Below are positions 29,140 to 39,134 of a DNA stretch of 61,220 nucleotides, piece after piece (within the stretch, counting starts at the first letter, position 1; each line of letters opens with the position of its first letter). Both the position numbers and the translations under genes were made by a program. A model generated the notes under the pieces. The model worked only from the letters and a program-made list of their open reading frames with translations, was not told the DNA's origin and did no database searches. The DNA lies in NCBI GenBank assembly GCA_045591865.1, contig JAZNTQ010000074.1, positions 1-61,220 on the forward strand. Reading direction: 5' to 3'. The stretch is from Clostridia bacterium. Its GTDB lineage: Bacteria > Bacillota > Clostridia > UMGS1883.

Positions 29140-30017
29140 TGATTAAGTCACCCACATCTAAAAGCAAAATCTTTTTCACTATTTCAATAGTTCTTATCGT
29201 TATCAGCATCGTTTCTCTCTGCGTAAGAGGACTTAACTTCGGTATTGATTTTACGGGCGGTACAACAATTCAGTTCGACCTTGACAAGACAAAGTTTTCT
29301 GCTGATGTTGAGGCAAAGCTTCGTGACATAGTGAAGACTACTGTTAAGAAAAACGATATCACAGTCCAGCAGACTGGTGAAACAGGCGTTTCAATAAAGA
29401 CTGTTGAGCTTACTAATGAAGAGAGCGACAAGCTTATCGAAGCAGTTAAGAAAGAGTTCAAGCTTGAGCAGAAGCACGTCCTTGCGAACGACAAGGTTTC
29501 AGGTAGCGTAAGCGGACGCCTTATTGCAGACTCTCTTAAGGCTATCGCTCTTGCAATCGCTCTTATGCTTCTTTATATCACATGGCGCTTCAACTTCCGT
29601 TCAGGTACAAGCGCAGTGCTTGCTCTTGCACACGACGTTATCATCATGCTCGGTTTCTATTCAGTATTCCAGTTCACTGTAAGCACAAGCTTTATTGCAG
29701 CTGTTCTTACAATCGTAGGTTACTCAATCAATGCGACAATTATCGTATTTGACCGTGTTCGTGAAAATGCCCGCTTTGCAAAGAAAAATACCACTCCCTT
29801 CCAGATTGCAGACGATGCTATCACAAGCTCTTACTACAGAGCGCTTAACTCCTCTATTACAACACTTCTTACAATCGGTGTTCTCTATGTGATGGGAGTT
29901 GACTCAATCCGTGAATTTGCTCTTCCCATCATCGTGGGTATCGTAGCAGGAACTTATTCTTCACTTTTCATTGCAGCACCCTTCTGGGCTTGGTGGAAAA
30001 ATACTGAAAAGAAGTAA
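29139..30017 (+). CDS. secF: protein translocase subunit SecF
   Basis: GLNFGIDFTGGT motif. ATGA start/stop overlap with secD. Confidence 0.9.
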   Translation: MIKSPTSKSKIFFTISIVLIVISIVSLCVRGLNFGIDFTGGTTIQFDLDKTKFSADVEAKLRDIVKTTVKKNDITVQQTGETGVSIKTVELTNEESDKLIEAVKKEFKLEQKHVLANDKVSGSVSGRLIADSLKAIALAIALMLLYITWRFNFRSGTSAVLALAHDVIIMLGFYSVFQFTVSTSFIAAVLTIVGYSINATIIVFDRVRENARFAKKNTTPFQIADDAITSSYYRALNSSITTLLTIGVLYVMGVDSIREFALPIIVGIVAGTYSSLFIAAPFWAWWKNTEKK

Positions 30018-30040
30018 TAGGCACATAAATATGTGAATAA

Positions 30041-30076
30041 AATAACACTGTGAAAATTCACAGTGTTATTTTTTTA
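30041..30076 (+). terminator. intrinsic terminator of secDF
   Basis: AATAACACTGTGAA/TTCACAGTGTTATT stem followed by a T-run. Confidence 0.8.
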
Positions 30077-30092
30077 TTTCAGAGGTTTTTTT

Positions 30093-30872
30093 ATGAAAAA
30101 ATTATGCTTTTTCTTATGTGTGATTTTATTTTTGTCGGGGTGTAGCTCCTCTCTCCCAACAGAGAGCAACAATACAGTTTTTTATGAAAAGCTTTCAAAC
30201 AAAAAGCAGGGTTGGGGCTTTCGCAGAACTGAAAACGGCCCTGAATTCAGTTCCGACCAGATAAGGCTGATGAATGAATACGATTGCATGTACAAAGAAG
30301 ACGGAGAGAAGAAAAATATCTATCTCACATTTGATGAGGGCTACGAAAAGGGCTATACCTCTCAAATTCTTGATACACTCCGTGAAAAGGACGTCAAGGC
30401 GGCATTTTTCGTTACGGGGCAATATGTGAAAGAAAACCCCGAGCTTGTAAAAAGGATGGTAAATGAAGGACATATCGTGGGAAACCATTCATTAAATCAC
30501 CCATCTCTCCCCGAAATTTCAATTGAAAAATTAAAAGAAGAGCTTTTTGAGCTTGACAGGCTCGTTTATGGATTATGCGGAGAGCACACGTCGTTTTTAA
30601 GAGCGCCGCGCGGTGAATACAGCGAGCGTACACTTGCCGTAACACGCGATTTAGGATATACAAATGTTTTCTGGTCACAAGCATATGTTGACTGGAACGA
30701 TGATGTGTCAGAGGATGAGGCTTTTTCCAAAATAACAAGCAGTCTGCACAGTGGATGCGTGCTGCTTCTTCACGCGGTCTCAAAGGGGAATGCCCTTTCA
30801 TTAGGACGCGTGATTGACTTTGCGCGAAAGGAAGGATATTCCTTTAAGAATTTAACTGAATATAAGAAGTAA
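30093..30872 (+). CDS. pdaA: polysaccharide deacetylase, delta-lactam-biosynthetic de-N-acetylase type (lipoprotein signal)
   Basis: MKKLCFFLCVILFLSGC lipobox; LTFDEGYEKGYT...GHIVGNHSLNHPSLP NodB motifs. Confidence 0.7.
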   Translation: MKKLCFFLCVILFLSGCSSSLPTESNNTVFYEKLSNKKQGWGFRRTENGPEFSSDQIRLMNEYDCMYKEDGEKKNIYLTFDEGYEKGYTSQILDTLREKDVKAAFFVTGQYVKENPELVKRMVNEGHIVGNHSLNHPSLPEISIEKLKEELFELDRLVYGLCGEHTSFLRAPRGEYSERTLAVTRDLGYTNVFWSQAYVDWNDDVSEDEAFSKITSSLHSGCVLLLHAVSKGNALSLGRVIDFARKEGYSFKNLTEYKK

Positions 30873-30948
30873 TTTCCTAACATAAATTAAAAGGCAATAA
30901 GGAAATATAAGCATATAGACTGATGCTTGTCACAGGAGTGTGTGAAAT

Positions 30949-32145
30949 ATGAAAATTTTCAGAAAAATTCTTTGTTGCCTTTTTTCTTTTTTAATTTCGG
31001 GAGGCATCCTTTACACAGATATATTATACTCTTTTCCGTCCGATATAACCATGTATCAGAACGAAACACACAGTGCTCTGCTTGGAGCAGGAGTCAGCAT
31101 AGGAAATATTCCCGATGAGATTTGTGCTTCATCTGGAAGCGACAAGGTATTGCCTCTTAAAGTGGGTACTTATCAAGCTAAATTAACGGTGGGAAACATC
31201 CCCGTAAGAACGGTCAGGCTTAATGTTACGAGACCCGAAAGCGTCTGTGCTTCAGGAGAACTTATAGGTCTTCGCATACACAACAGAGGCCTTATTGTGA
31301 CAAATCTTGCTCCCGTTTTTTCAGGTGGCAAAGAGGTTTCTCCTGCACAGAGTGCCGGGCTTTTACCCGGGGATGTGATAGTAGAAATAAACGGAAATGT
31401 TCCTAAGGAAAGCGGACAGGTTCCCTCTCTTTTGACGAATAACTCCACTCTTACGGTGAGGCGCAACAATTCAATAAAAAAAGTTATGGTATCTCCCGTC
31501 ACCGATGACAGTGACGGAAAACTGAAGCTTGGCTTATGGGTGCGCGACAGTAGTGCAGGCGTGGGAACAATGACATACTTAAATAAAAATACGCTTACCT
31601 ACGGTGCCCTGGGACACGGGATAAGTGACAGCGATACGGGCGTAATGTTTGACGTTGCTCACGGAACAATTGAAAAGAGCAGTGTTGTATCAATTGAAAA
31701 AGGCAAACGAGGTACGCCGGGGCAAATATGCGGAAGTTTTTCAGGTGCCGATGAAATAGCAGGAACCGTCACAAAGAACTGCGAGGCAGGAATTTTTGGT
31801 GATGCTTTTCCGAGCAGTGCTCTTGATTTTAAGGAGTATCCCGTTGGTGTAATGAGTCAGGTCAAATGCGGTGATGCAACTATTCTTTCCGCAGTCGACG
31901 GTGAAATAAAAGAATATAGCATTTCCATACTGCGCTCAATGCCCTACGGAAGCGCTACAAAAGGGCTTGCTATAGAAATTACAGATCCCCGTCTTCTTGA
32001 TAAAACAGGCGGCATTGTTCAGGGGATGAGCGGCAGCCCCATAATTCAGAATGGCAAAATAATAGGGGCGGTGACACACGTACTTGTAAACGACCCGACA
32101 AAGGGATATGGAATATTTATCGAAAATATGCTGAAAGAAGATTAA
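30949..32145 (+). CDS. spoIVB: SpoIVB peptidase (S55) with PDZ domain
   Basis: GVGTMTYLNKNTLTYGALGHGISD and GMSGSPIIQNGKIIGAVTHVLVNDPTKGYGIFIENML. Located upstream of spo0A. Confidence 0.9.
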   Translation: MKIFRKILCCLFSFLISGGILYTDILYSFPSDITMYQNETHSALLGAGVSIGNIPDEICASSGSDKVLPLKVGTYQAKLTVGNIPVRTVRLNVTRPESVCASGELIGLRIHNRGLIVTNLAPVFSGGKEVSPAQSAGLLPGDVIVEINGNVPKESGQVPSLLTNNSTLTVRRNNSIKKVMVSPVTDDSDGKLKLGLWVRDSSAGVGTMTYLNKNTLTYGALGHGISDSDTGVMFDVAHGTIEKSSVVSIEKGKRGTPGQICGSFSGADEIAGTVTKNCEAGIFGDAFPSSALDFKEYPVGVMSQVKCGDATILSAVDGEIKEYSISILRSMPYGSATKGLAIEITDPRLLDKTGGIVQGMSGSPIIQNGKIIGAVTHVLVNDPTKGYGIFIENMLKED

Positions 32146-32237
32146 ACAGTCCCGTCCCCAAACTGTAGTCCCCAAACTGTAAAGAAACAGGCTGAAAAGA
32201 AGATTGAACAAAAAGTGCCCCGTCCCCAGAATGTGCA
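32146..32237. repeat. second locus of the GTCCCCAAnCTGT / AAAAGTGCCCCGTCCCCA repeat family
   Basis: GTCCCCAAACTGTA twice in tandem (32154-32167, 32168-32181) and AAAAGTGCCCCGTCCCCAGAATGTGCA (32211-32237). Compare 17187-17230. Confidence 0.7.
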
Positions 32238-32284
32238 ACAGGTTCGGAGGTCTCTGCCTGCGGAATTACTTTAATATAATAAAG

Positions 32285-32336
32285 AACACAAAAAAACATA
32301 TGAGGCGAATTTTCGCCCCATATGTTTTTTTGTGTT
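32285..32336 (+). terminator. long-stem intrinsic terminator after spoIVB
   Basis: AACACAAAAAAACATATGAGGCGAA / TTCGCCCCATATGTTTTTTTGTGTT, about 24-bp stem with one bulge. Confidence 0.75.
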
Positions 32337-32459
32337 GCGCCAAATATCCTTTTTAGTCGCATTATAGGAAATTTCCATAAAATGGAAAAAAGTTCTTGCA
32401 TTGATTTCCAAAATATGGTAATATTCTAACTACAATAAAAAATATTTGGAGGAAACAGT

Positions 32460-33260
32460 ATGAAAACCAAGATAAAACTGCTTATTGCAGACAGTAATCC
32501 CGAGCTTCTTTCCCAGATGAAATCATTTTTCGACTCCAGAGAGGATATTGACCTTATTGCAACTGCCGATGACGGCGTTGATGCCGCAGAGAAAATCCGC
32601 CGTTATACACCCGATGCAGTACTGATGGATATAGTTCTACCGCAGCTTGACGGAATAGGTCTTTTGAAGGCAATCAACTCGCTTCCCCGTGCTCACCGCC
32701 CTGTAGTTATCGTGATGAGCGGAGCAAAGCGCGAACATCTTACCAATATATGTATGCAGCTTGGTGCGGACTATTTTATGATCAAGCCTTGCGACAACGA
32801 AACTGTGTATGAGCGCATAAAGCTTTTGTGTATGCCTCGCCTTTCGCAAGTCGCTTTAGATATGTCTTTTAACAATAAAGATACCTCTAGCGATACTCCC
32901 AGCGACCGCGCGATTGAAATATCTGTAACAAAGACAATTCATTCGGTGGGTGTGCCTGCAAATATAAAGGGATATCAGTATCTTCGCGACGCTATTATTA
33001 TGAGCATAAAGGATACTGAGCTTATAAATGCAGTTACAAAGCAGCTCTATCCCAAGGTTGCAACAAGGCACAACACTTCTCCCAGCCGTGTTGAACGCGC
33101 AATCCGTCACGCAATTGAAGTTGCCTGCATACGAGGTAACGAAGAAGAGCTTTATAACCTTTTTGGTTACACCGTAAGCAACAACAAAGGAAAGCCTACC
33201 AACAGCGAATTTATCGCAATGATTGCAGATAAATTACGTCTTGAAATGCTTGTATCCTAA
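32460..33260 (+). CDS. spo0A: sporulation transcription factor Spo0A
   Basis: REC domain [10 protein letters not shown]...[14 protein letters not shown] plus the Spo0A_C signature [18 protein letters not shown]...[14 protein letters not shown]. Confidence 0.95.
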   Translation: MKTKIKLLIADSNPELLSQMKSFFDSREDIDLIATADDGVDAAEKIRRYTPDAVLMDIVLPQLDGIGLLKAINSLPRAHRPVVIVMSGAKREHLTNICMQLGADYFMIKPCDNETVYERIKLLCMPRLSQVALDMSFNNKDTSSDTPSDRAIEISVTKTIHSVGVPANIKGYQYLRDAIIMSIKDTELINAVTKQLYPKVATRHNTSPSRVERAIRHAIEVACIRGNEEELYNLFGYTVSNNKGKPTNSEFIAMIADKLRLEMLVS

Positions 33261-33613
33261 TGAATAAGAAATCACTTTTATGGGGTATTCCCATAGGGTT
33301 TATTAATGGTTTTTTTGCATCGGGCGGCGGAATTATAGCAGTACTCGTCCTGCAAAAATTCTTTTCACTTGACGAAAAAAGAGCACACGCGACCTCCATT
33401 ATGATAATACTTCCCCTCACCATAGTCGGCACTGTGGTTTACACTATGGCTAACCTTGTAAAACTCCCCATTATAATAGAGGGTTCTATTGCCGCTGCAC
33501 TGGGTGCTTTTCTCGGCGCAAAGCTTCTCTCCCGACTTTCGGGCAGATTTATCCGCATAGGCTTTGGCGCGGTGATGATACTTGCATCGTGGAAATTACT
33601 GATGGGAGGATAA
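33260..33613 (+). CDS. half-size TauE/SafE (TSUP) family membrane protein, first of a pair
   Basis: 117 aa, 4 TMs, GFINGFFASGGGIIAV motif. Confidence 0.7.
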   Translation: MNKKSLLWGIPIGFINGFFASGGGIIAVLVLQKFFSLDEKRAHATSIMIILPLTIVGTVVYTMANLVKLPIIIEGSIAAALGAFLGAKLLSRLSGRFIRIGFGAVMILASWKLLMGG

Positions 33614-33617
33614 ATCT

Positions 33618-33980
33618 ATGCTTGCGATACTGATAGGATTTTTTTCGGGAACTCTGGGAGGAATGGGAGTGGGAGGAGGAATGCTCCTTATCCCTGCCGC
33701 AAGAATTTTTATGGGACTTTCTCAACAGGCGGCGCAGGCACTTAATCTTTACTGCTTTATCCCGGCATCTGCCTGTGCAATATTTATCCACTTAAAAAAC
33801 AAATGCATTGCAGTAAAAAAGGCACTTCCCATAATTCTTACAGGCGTGCCCTTCTCACTCCTGGGAGCGTATATTTCAACGCATATATCTTCTCTTCTTC
33901 TTTCGCGTCTGTTCGGCGGTTTTATACTTATTTTCGGCGTGAGAGAAATTATTTATGGCATTAAAGCTCCAAAAAGATAA
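33618..33980 (+). CDS. half-size TauE/SafE (TSUP) family membrane protein, second of a pair
   Basis: 120 aa, 4 TMs, GFFSGTLGGMGVGGGMLLIP motif. Confidence 0.7.
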   Translation: MLAILIGFFSGTLGGMGVGGGMLLIPAARIFMGLSQQAAQALNLYCFIPASACAIFIHLKNKCIAVKKALPIILTGVPFSLLGAYISTHISSLLLSRLFGGFILIFGVREIIYGIKAPKR

Positions 33981-34029
33981 TTTTTACGAAATTTTCTGCA
34001 TATTTTGATAAAAAAATTAACTAAATAAT

Positions 34030-34058
34030 TTGACACCTCCTGAAATAAAGAGTATAAT
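34030..34058 (+). promoter_or_regulatory. consensus sigma-A promoter of serC-serA
   Basis: TTGACA (34030-35), 17-nt spacer, TATAAT (34053-58). Confidence 0.6.
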
Positions 34059-34095
34059 GTATAGTAATCTTTTATTTTTTCAGGAGGCGTTTTTT

Positions 34096-35175
34096 ATGTC
34101 CAGAGTATATAATTTTTCAGCAGGTCCGAGTATGCTTCCCCTTGAAGTGCTTGAAACTGCACAGAAGGAGCTTATTGAATATCAGGGCAGTGGTATGAGC
34201 GTTATGGAAATGAGCCATCGTTCACCTGTTTACGATGCAATAATCAAAGAGACTGAATCAAACTTCAGAAAGCTTATGAATATTCCCGATAACTATAAGG
34301 TTCTTTTCCTTCAGGGCGGTGCTTCAACACAGTTTGCGGCAATTCCTCTTAACCTTATGAAAACAGGAAAGGCTGACTATGTTGTTTCAGGTCAGTTTTC
34401 AGGAAAAGCTTTTAAGGAAGCTAAGAAATACGGCGATGCAAAATGTATTGCTACTTCCGAAGATAAAACCTTCAGCTATATTCCCGAAATCACACCCGAT
34501 ATGGTGCGTGAAGATGCTGATTACGTTCACGTATGCTACAACAATACAATTTTCGGAACAAAGTTCCCCAAAGTTCCCAATGTAGGTGACAAGGTGCTGG
34601 TTGCAGATATGTCATCCTGCATTACAAGTGAGCCTGTAGATGTTACAAAGTTCGGCGTTATATATGCAGGTGCGCAGAAGAATATGGCTCCTGCCGGTCT
34701 TACAGTTGTTATTATCCGTGAGGATTTGATGGGAAATGCCCGCGAGGATATCCCCACAATGCTCGATTACAAAACAATGGCTGATAACGACTCAATGTAT
34801 AACACCCCTCCCTGCTACGCAATTTATATTGCAGGCCTTGTTTACAAATGGGCGCTCCAGAACGGCGGTCTTGAAGCTATGAAGGAAAGAAACGAAAAGA
34901 AAGCAAATATTCTTTATGATTTCCTTGATAACTCAACTCTTTTCAAAGCAACAGCGGATAAAAAGTGCCGTTCTATGATGAATGTATGCTTTGTTACAGG
35001 CGATGCTGACCTTGATAAGAAGTTCTGTAAGGAAGCCGAAGCAGCAGGCTTTGTTAACCTTAAGGGTCACAGAAGCGTTGGCGGTATGAGAGCAAGCATC
35101 TACAATGCTATGCCCGTTGAAGGCGTTCAGGCACTTGTTGACTTTATGGCAGAATTTGAAAAAAATAATAAGTAA
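34096..35175 (+). CDS. serC: phosphoserine aminotransferase
   Basis: MSRVYNFSAGPSMLPLEVLE... start (ATG 34096, AGGAGG RBS). Confidence 0.9.
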   Translation: MSRVYNFSAGPSMLPLEVLETAQKELIEYQGSGMSVMEMSHRSPVYDAIIKETESNFRKLMNIPDNYKVLFLQGGASTQFAAIPLNLMKTGKADYVVSGQFSGKAFKEAKKYGDAKCIATSEDKTFSYIPEITPDMVREDADYVHVCYNNTIFGTKFPKVPNVGDKVLVADMSSCITSEPVDVTKFGVIYAGAQKNMAPAGLTVVIIREDLMGNAREDIPTMLDYKTMADNDSMYNTPPCYAIYIAGLVYKWALQNGGLEAMKERNEKKANILYDFLDNSTLFKATADKKCRSMMNVCFVTGDADLDKKFCKEAEAAGFVNLKGHRSVGGMRASIYNAMPVEGVQALVDFMAEFEKNNK

Positions 35176-35193
35176 TAAAAGAAGGTTTAGAGA

Positions 35194-36360
35194 ATGTATA
35201 ATCTACTCACACTCAACAAGATTGCATCTTGCGGTCTTGACAATTTTGACAAAGAAAAATACACTATCACAGATAACTGCGAAAACCCCGACTGCATAAT
35301 CCTCCGCAGCTTTAATATGCACGATATGCTTCTTCCTGAATCACTCTGCGCAGTTGCACGTGCAGGTGCAGGCGTTAACAACATTCCGCTTGACAAGTGT
35401 GCAGAAAAAGGTATCGTAGTATTTAATACTCCCGGTGCTAATGCAAACGCAGTTTGTGAGCTTACTCTTGCAGGACTTTTCCTTTCATCACGCGATATCG
35501 TAGGCGGTGTTGAATGGGCAAAGACACTTAAGGGCAACGGTGCCGAAGTAGGCAAAATGGTTGAAAAGGGCAAGGGCAATTTCGCAGGCTGCGAAATCAA
35601 GGGCAAGAAGCTTGCAGTAATCGGTCTTGGCGCTATCGGCGTACTCGTTGCAAACGCAGCAACTGCTCTCGGAATGAAGGTAATCGGTTATGACCCTTAT
35701 ATGTCAGTTAAGGCAGCCCTTATGCTTGACAGCCATACTGTAATCAAGGCTGACCTTAAAGAAGCCGTTGCAGAGGCTGATTATATCACACTTCATCTTC
35801 CTCTTCTTGATTCTACACGAGGTATGGTAAATAGTGATCTCTTCTCTGCAATGAAGAGAGGTGCAAAGCTTCTTAACTTCTCAAGAGGTGAGCTTGTTGA
35901 TACAGATGCTCTTAAGAAAGCTCTTGAAGATGATACTCTTTCTTCCTACGTTGTTGACTTCCCCTCTGATGAGGTTATCGGCCTTCCCAATGTAGTTGCA
36001 ATTCCTCACCTTGGAGCATCTAGCGCAGAAAGCGAAGACAACTGTGCTATTATGGCTGCTAAAGAGCTTATCGAATATATGGAGCACGGTAATATCGTAA
36101 ATTCCGTAAACTATCCCTCTTGCGAGCTTCCCAGAACAATGGGCACAGTGAGAATCACCGTTCTTCACAAGAACATTCCCAATATGATTGCAAACATCTC
36201 TGCGGCATTCTCAAGCAAGAATATAAATATTGAGAATATGGTTAACAAGAGCCGCGGCGATTACGCTTGCACAATCCTTGATGTTGAAGGCATTGATGAT
36301 GGTGCTATTGAGGAGTTCAAGGCAGTAGAAGGCATCATAAAGGTAAGAGTTATTAAATAA
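35194..36360 (+). CDS. serA: D-3-phosphoglycerate dehydrogenase with C-terminal ACT domain
   Basis: 2-hydroxyacid dehydrogenase fold, GKKLAVIGLGAIG NAD motif. Downstream of serC. Confidence 0.85.
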   Translation: MYNLLTLNKIASCGLDNFDKEKYTITDNCENPDCIILRSFNMHDMLLPESLCAVARAGAGVNNIPLDKCAEKGIVVFNTPGANANAVCELTLAGLFLSSRDIVGGVEWAKTLKGNGAEVGKMVEKGKGNFAGCEIKGKKLAVIGLGAIGVLVANAATALGMKVIGYDPYMSVKAALMLDSHTVIKADLKEAVAEADYITLHLPLLDSTRGMVNSDLFSAMKRGAKLLNFSRGELVDTDALKKALEDDTLSSYVVDFPSDEVIGLPNVVAIPHLGASSAESEDNCAIMAAKELIEYMEHGNIVNSVNYPSCELPRTMGTVRITVLHKNIPNMIANISAAFSSKNINIENMVNKSRGDYACTILDVEGIDDGAIEEFKAVEGIIKVRVIK

Positions 36361-36372
36361 ATACCTGCAATC

Positions 36373-36405
36373 AAAAAGGGCTGAACAAATTGTTCAGCCC
36401 CTTTT
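36373..36405. terminator. bidirectional intrinsic terminator (serA / mecA)
   Basis: GGGCTGAACA-AAT-TGTTCAGCCC with flanking A5 and T4. Confidence 0.75.
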
Positions 36406-36406
36406 A

Positions 36407-36991
36407 TTATTCAAATTTATTTCTTATAAATATGAAAGCACTGTTTTTCACAATTGCTTTTCCGTGCTCTTCCACTATTGTGCGATATTCTTTTGAACAC
36501 ACCGTTCCGAATTCTGAAGCCTTGGGTATGTAGGTCGGGCGCATCGTCATATAGTACTTATCATTATATGAATAGAGCGTTCCCCATGAGCACTCGCGCA
36601 TACATGAGCACATATTTATTACATCTTCGAAATCCAAAAGCTCTATCATATTGCCCTCGGGAAGATGTAGCTCCCTCTTTTTTTCTTTTCTTTTTTCAGG
36701 AATAATCTCTGAAAGAGAGTCAAAAAGCTTTTCCTCCTCGCTGGAGTTAACCTTGGTTACGAAAAGCGTCATCTCGCCTTTTTCTGCCTGAATTGCCGCC
36801 TCCACCACAAGACGGGAATTGTTGCAGTCAAACCCTGTTTCTTTTTCTGCACGGCGCAAAAGCTCAAAAAACACCTCTCTTGACTCGGGCGAGTTTTTCG
36901 CCATCGCTTCAAAAGATATTCCAAGCTCCTTAAGGTCCTTTGAATTCATTGTAACCTTCATTTTATTTCTTTTGAGCATTTCAAATTTCAC
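36407..36991 (-). CDS. mecA: adaptor protein MecA
   Basis: (V)KFEMLKRNKMKVTMNSKDLKELGIS aligns with the MecA N-terminus. GTG 36991 after GAGGTGA. Confidence 0.75.
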   Translation of the reverse strand: MKFEMLKRNKMKVTMNSKDLKELGISFEAMAKNSPESREVFFELLRRAEKETGFDCNNSRLVVEAAIQAEKGEMTLFVTKVNSSEEEKLFDSLSEIIPEKRKEKKRELHLPEGNMIELLDFEDVINMCSCMRECSWGTLYSYNDKYYMTMRPTYIPKASEFGTVCSKEYRTIVEEHGKAIVKNSAFIFIRNKFE

Positions 36992-37033
36992 TTTTCTCAC
37001 CTCTTCTTTATTTTAACATAGTGTGAACAGTTT

Positions 37034-37645
37034 TTAAAGGAACAATTTATTCCTTTTCCATACTGCGGGCGTTGTGCCCATTTCTCTCTTGAATGCACGG
37101 ATATATGCTTCAACAGATGAAAAGCCGCTCTTCTGTGCTGAAAGGGATACACTCTTATTTTCCAGGAGATATGAAAGGCTTTTCTCTACTCGCAGAAAGC
37201 TTATATATTCGCCTGCTGTTTTGCCTTCATTTTCTTTAAAAAGCCTGATAAGCAGTCTCTCTGTTATTCCTGAATATCGGGCAGTTTCTCTAACAGTTAA
37301 CTGCTCACTTAAAAGATTTCTTTTTATGTAAGCCTTTGCTTTTTCATAGGCTGTCTTCTCGTCCTCTATCGAGGCATCACGAAGAATATCTCGCATACTG
37401 TCAAAAACAGTTTTGCGCGTCGGAGGGTTGTCCGAAAAGAGAGCCTCCTTTAACTTTTCACAATCAATATAAAAGCCCCTGACAGAGTCGTTAAGGGCTT
37501 TTGCAGTTTCAATAAGCAATATTTTTTCGAGTGCCACACTATATCCGCGGCACTCGTTCTCATTGTAGATACTATCTAAAAGGGCATCCGCCTTGAGCCT
37601 CTCCCCTTTTTTGATAAACTGTGTTAATAATTCTAGTTTTTTCAT
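37034..37645 (-). CDS. AraC-family transcriptional regulator
   Basis: C-terminal HTH_18: LTVRETARYSGITERLLIRLFKE...SGFSSVEAYIRAFKREMGTTP. Confidence 0.75.
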   Translation of the reverse strand: MKKLELLTQFIKKGERLKADALLDSIYNENECRGYSVALEKILLIETAKALNDSVRGFYIDCEKLKEALFSDNPPTRKTVFDSMRDILRDASIEDEKTAYEKAKAYIKRNLLSEQLTVRETARYSGITERLLIRLFKENEGKTAGEYISFLRVEKSLSYLLENKSVSLSAQKSGFSSVEAYIRAFKREMGTTPAVWKRNKLFL

Positions 37646-37652
37646 ATCGTTA

Positions 37653-39101
37653 TCAAAAATATTTTATTGCGGCTTCCATCTGTCTGTCAACGGGGATTTC
37701 AAGTTCCTCATAGTTATAATCATTGAGGAAAATATATTCATATATGCCTGCTTCACCCGTAACATCGTAGCCCAAAACTGCCTGGAAACGCGCTACTGCA
37801 TCCTTTGTCTCTGCGTCATATACGGTATCTGCCTCTTTGAGATAACCAAGAACCTTAAGACGCTCTTCAAGCGCGAGGATATTGTTTTCACTACGCGGAT
37901 TTTCGAGCACCGCATCAATGTCAATGGGAGCAAACTGCGACTGGTCAACAGTGGTATATTCATTCTCCACAATAAAATCAGGAGTTACTCCCACTGTATG
38001 GATACGCTTTCCGTCAAATGAGTAAAACTCGCCTACGGTGTACTTGAAGCCTGCACCCCCAACGGCGTTATTTAGTATCTGCATACTGCCCTTTCCGTAG
38101 CTCTGCACGCCGAGCACCTTGCCTGCGCCTCTTGACTGAATTGCAGTTGCAAGAAATTCGCTTGCAGAAGCACTGTGTTCATTTACAAGTACGAGCATTT
38201 TGAATCGGGGAGCGTTGTAATTCTTACTCATTATGACGGTGTTTTGAGTTTCATTTTTATAGCGAAGCTCACCTATTGCACCTGCACTTACAAATATATT
38301 TGCAATATCAATTGCTGCATTGAGGTCTCCGCCGGGATTATCACGAAGGTCTAAAATGACGTTCCTTACTTTCTTATCCTGAAGCTCCTTTACGAGAGCT
38401 TCCATTTCCAAAGGAGCGTTTGACGTGAACTGAAGGAGCTTAATATATGCAGTTTTATCGTTAATAATCTCTGTTTCAATCTGCGAAACCTCGACTGTAT
38501 CACGCACGCAGGTAAGCTCAATTTCCTTTTCTCCGCGAAGAACAGTTACCTTAACCTCTGTCCCCTTTTCGCCTACGATAAGCTCTCTTACCTCGGCACT
38601 TGACTTTCCGCGCATATCTGTCCCGTTAACGCCCACTATATAGTCATATGCCATCATCCCTGCCTTATACGCAGGGCCGTTCTCAAAAACTGAAAGTACG
38701 ATAACGCCATCACTGTTTTCACTTATCGTAACGCCTATGCCTGAAAATTCGCCTGCGATATCCTCTGTCATCGCCTTATATTCCTCGGGGGAATAAAACT
38801 CGGCATAGTCATCACCTAGGGTTTCTACCATCGCACGGATGGCACTATTGAGGTCGAGCTTTCCTTCTTCGATGATATTACAAATAACGGAATACAAAAG
38901 CTCTTCATCCTCAATTCCATAGTAGTAGTTCGCTGCAAGCGTTTTAGCATACAATTTTATGATTTGCTTCTGCATATCAGCACTGTATAAGCTGACAGCA
39001 TCTTCCTGTGCAGAGGCATTTTCATCAGCTGCCATAGCATGAGGTGTCATAAGCATACAAAGGATTAAAAGTATTGAAAGTATTTTATTTTTCAAGGTCA
39101 A
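37653..39101 (-). CDS. S41 C-terminal processing peptidase with PDZ and C-terminal peptidoglycan-binding domain
   Basis: Signal peptide; PDZ GIGVTISE...; LVNEHSASASEFLA; C-terminal LKVLGYL...DAVARFQAVLGYDVTGEAG. Confidence 0.85.
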   Translation of the reverse strand: MTLKNKILSILLILCMLMTPHAMAADENASAQEDAVSLYSADMQKQIIKLYAKTLAANYYYGIEDEELLYSVICNIIEEGKLDLNSAIRAMVETLGDDYAEFYSPEEYKAMTEDIAGEFSGIGVTISENSDGVIVLSVFENGPAYKAGMMAYDYIVGVNGTDMRGKSSAEVRELIVGEKGTEVKVTVLRGEKEIELTCVRDTVEVSQIETEIINDKTAYIKLLQFTSNAPLEMEALVKELQDKKVRNVILDLRDNPGGDLNAAIDIANIFVSAGAIGELRYKNETQNTVIMSKNYNAPRFKMLVLVNEHSASASEFLATAIQSRGAGKVLGVQSYGKGSMQILNNAVGGAGFKYTVGEFYSFDGKRIHTVGVTPDFIVENEYTTVDQSQFAPIDIDAVLENPRSENNILALEERLKVLGYLKEADTVYDAETKDAVARFQAVLGYDVTGEAGIYEYIFLNDYNYEELEIPVDRQMEAAIKYF

Positions 39102-39134
39102 TGCCTCCTTTTTTTAGTATTTTAATCGAAGTGC

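Noticed and set aside
34036-34090. CCTCCTGAAA / TTTCAGGAGG inverted repeat that could sequester the serC RBS
   Set aside because: The upstream arm lies in the promoter spacer, upstream of the -10 box. It should not be part of the transcript, so a translational-control hairpin is unlikely.
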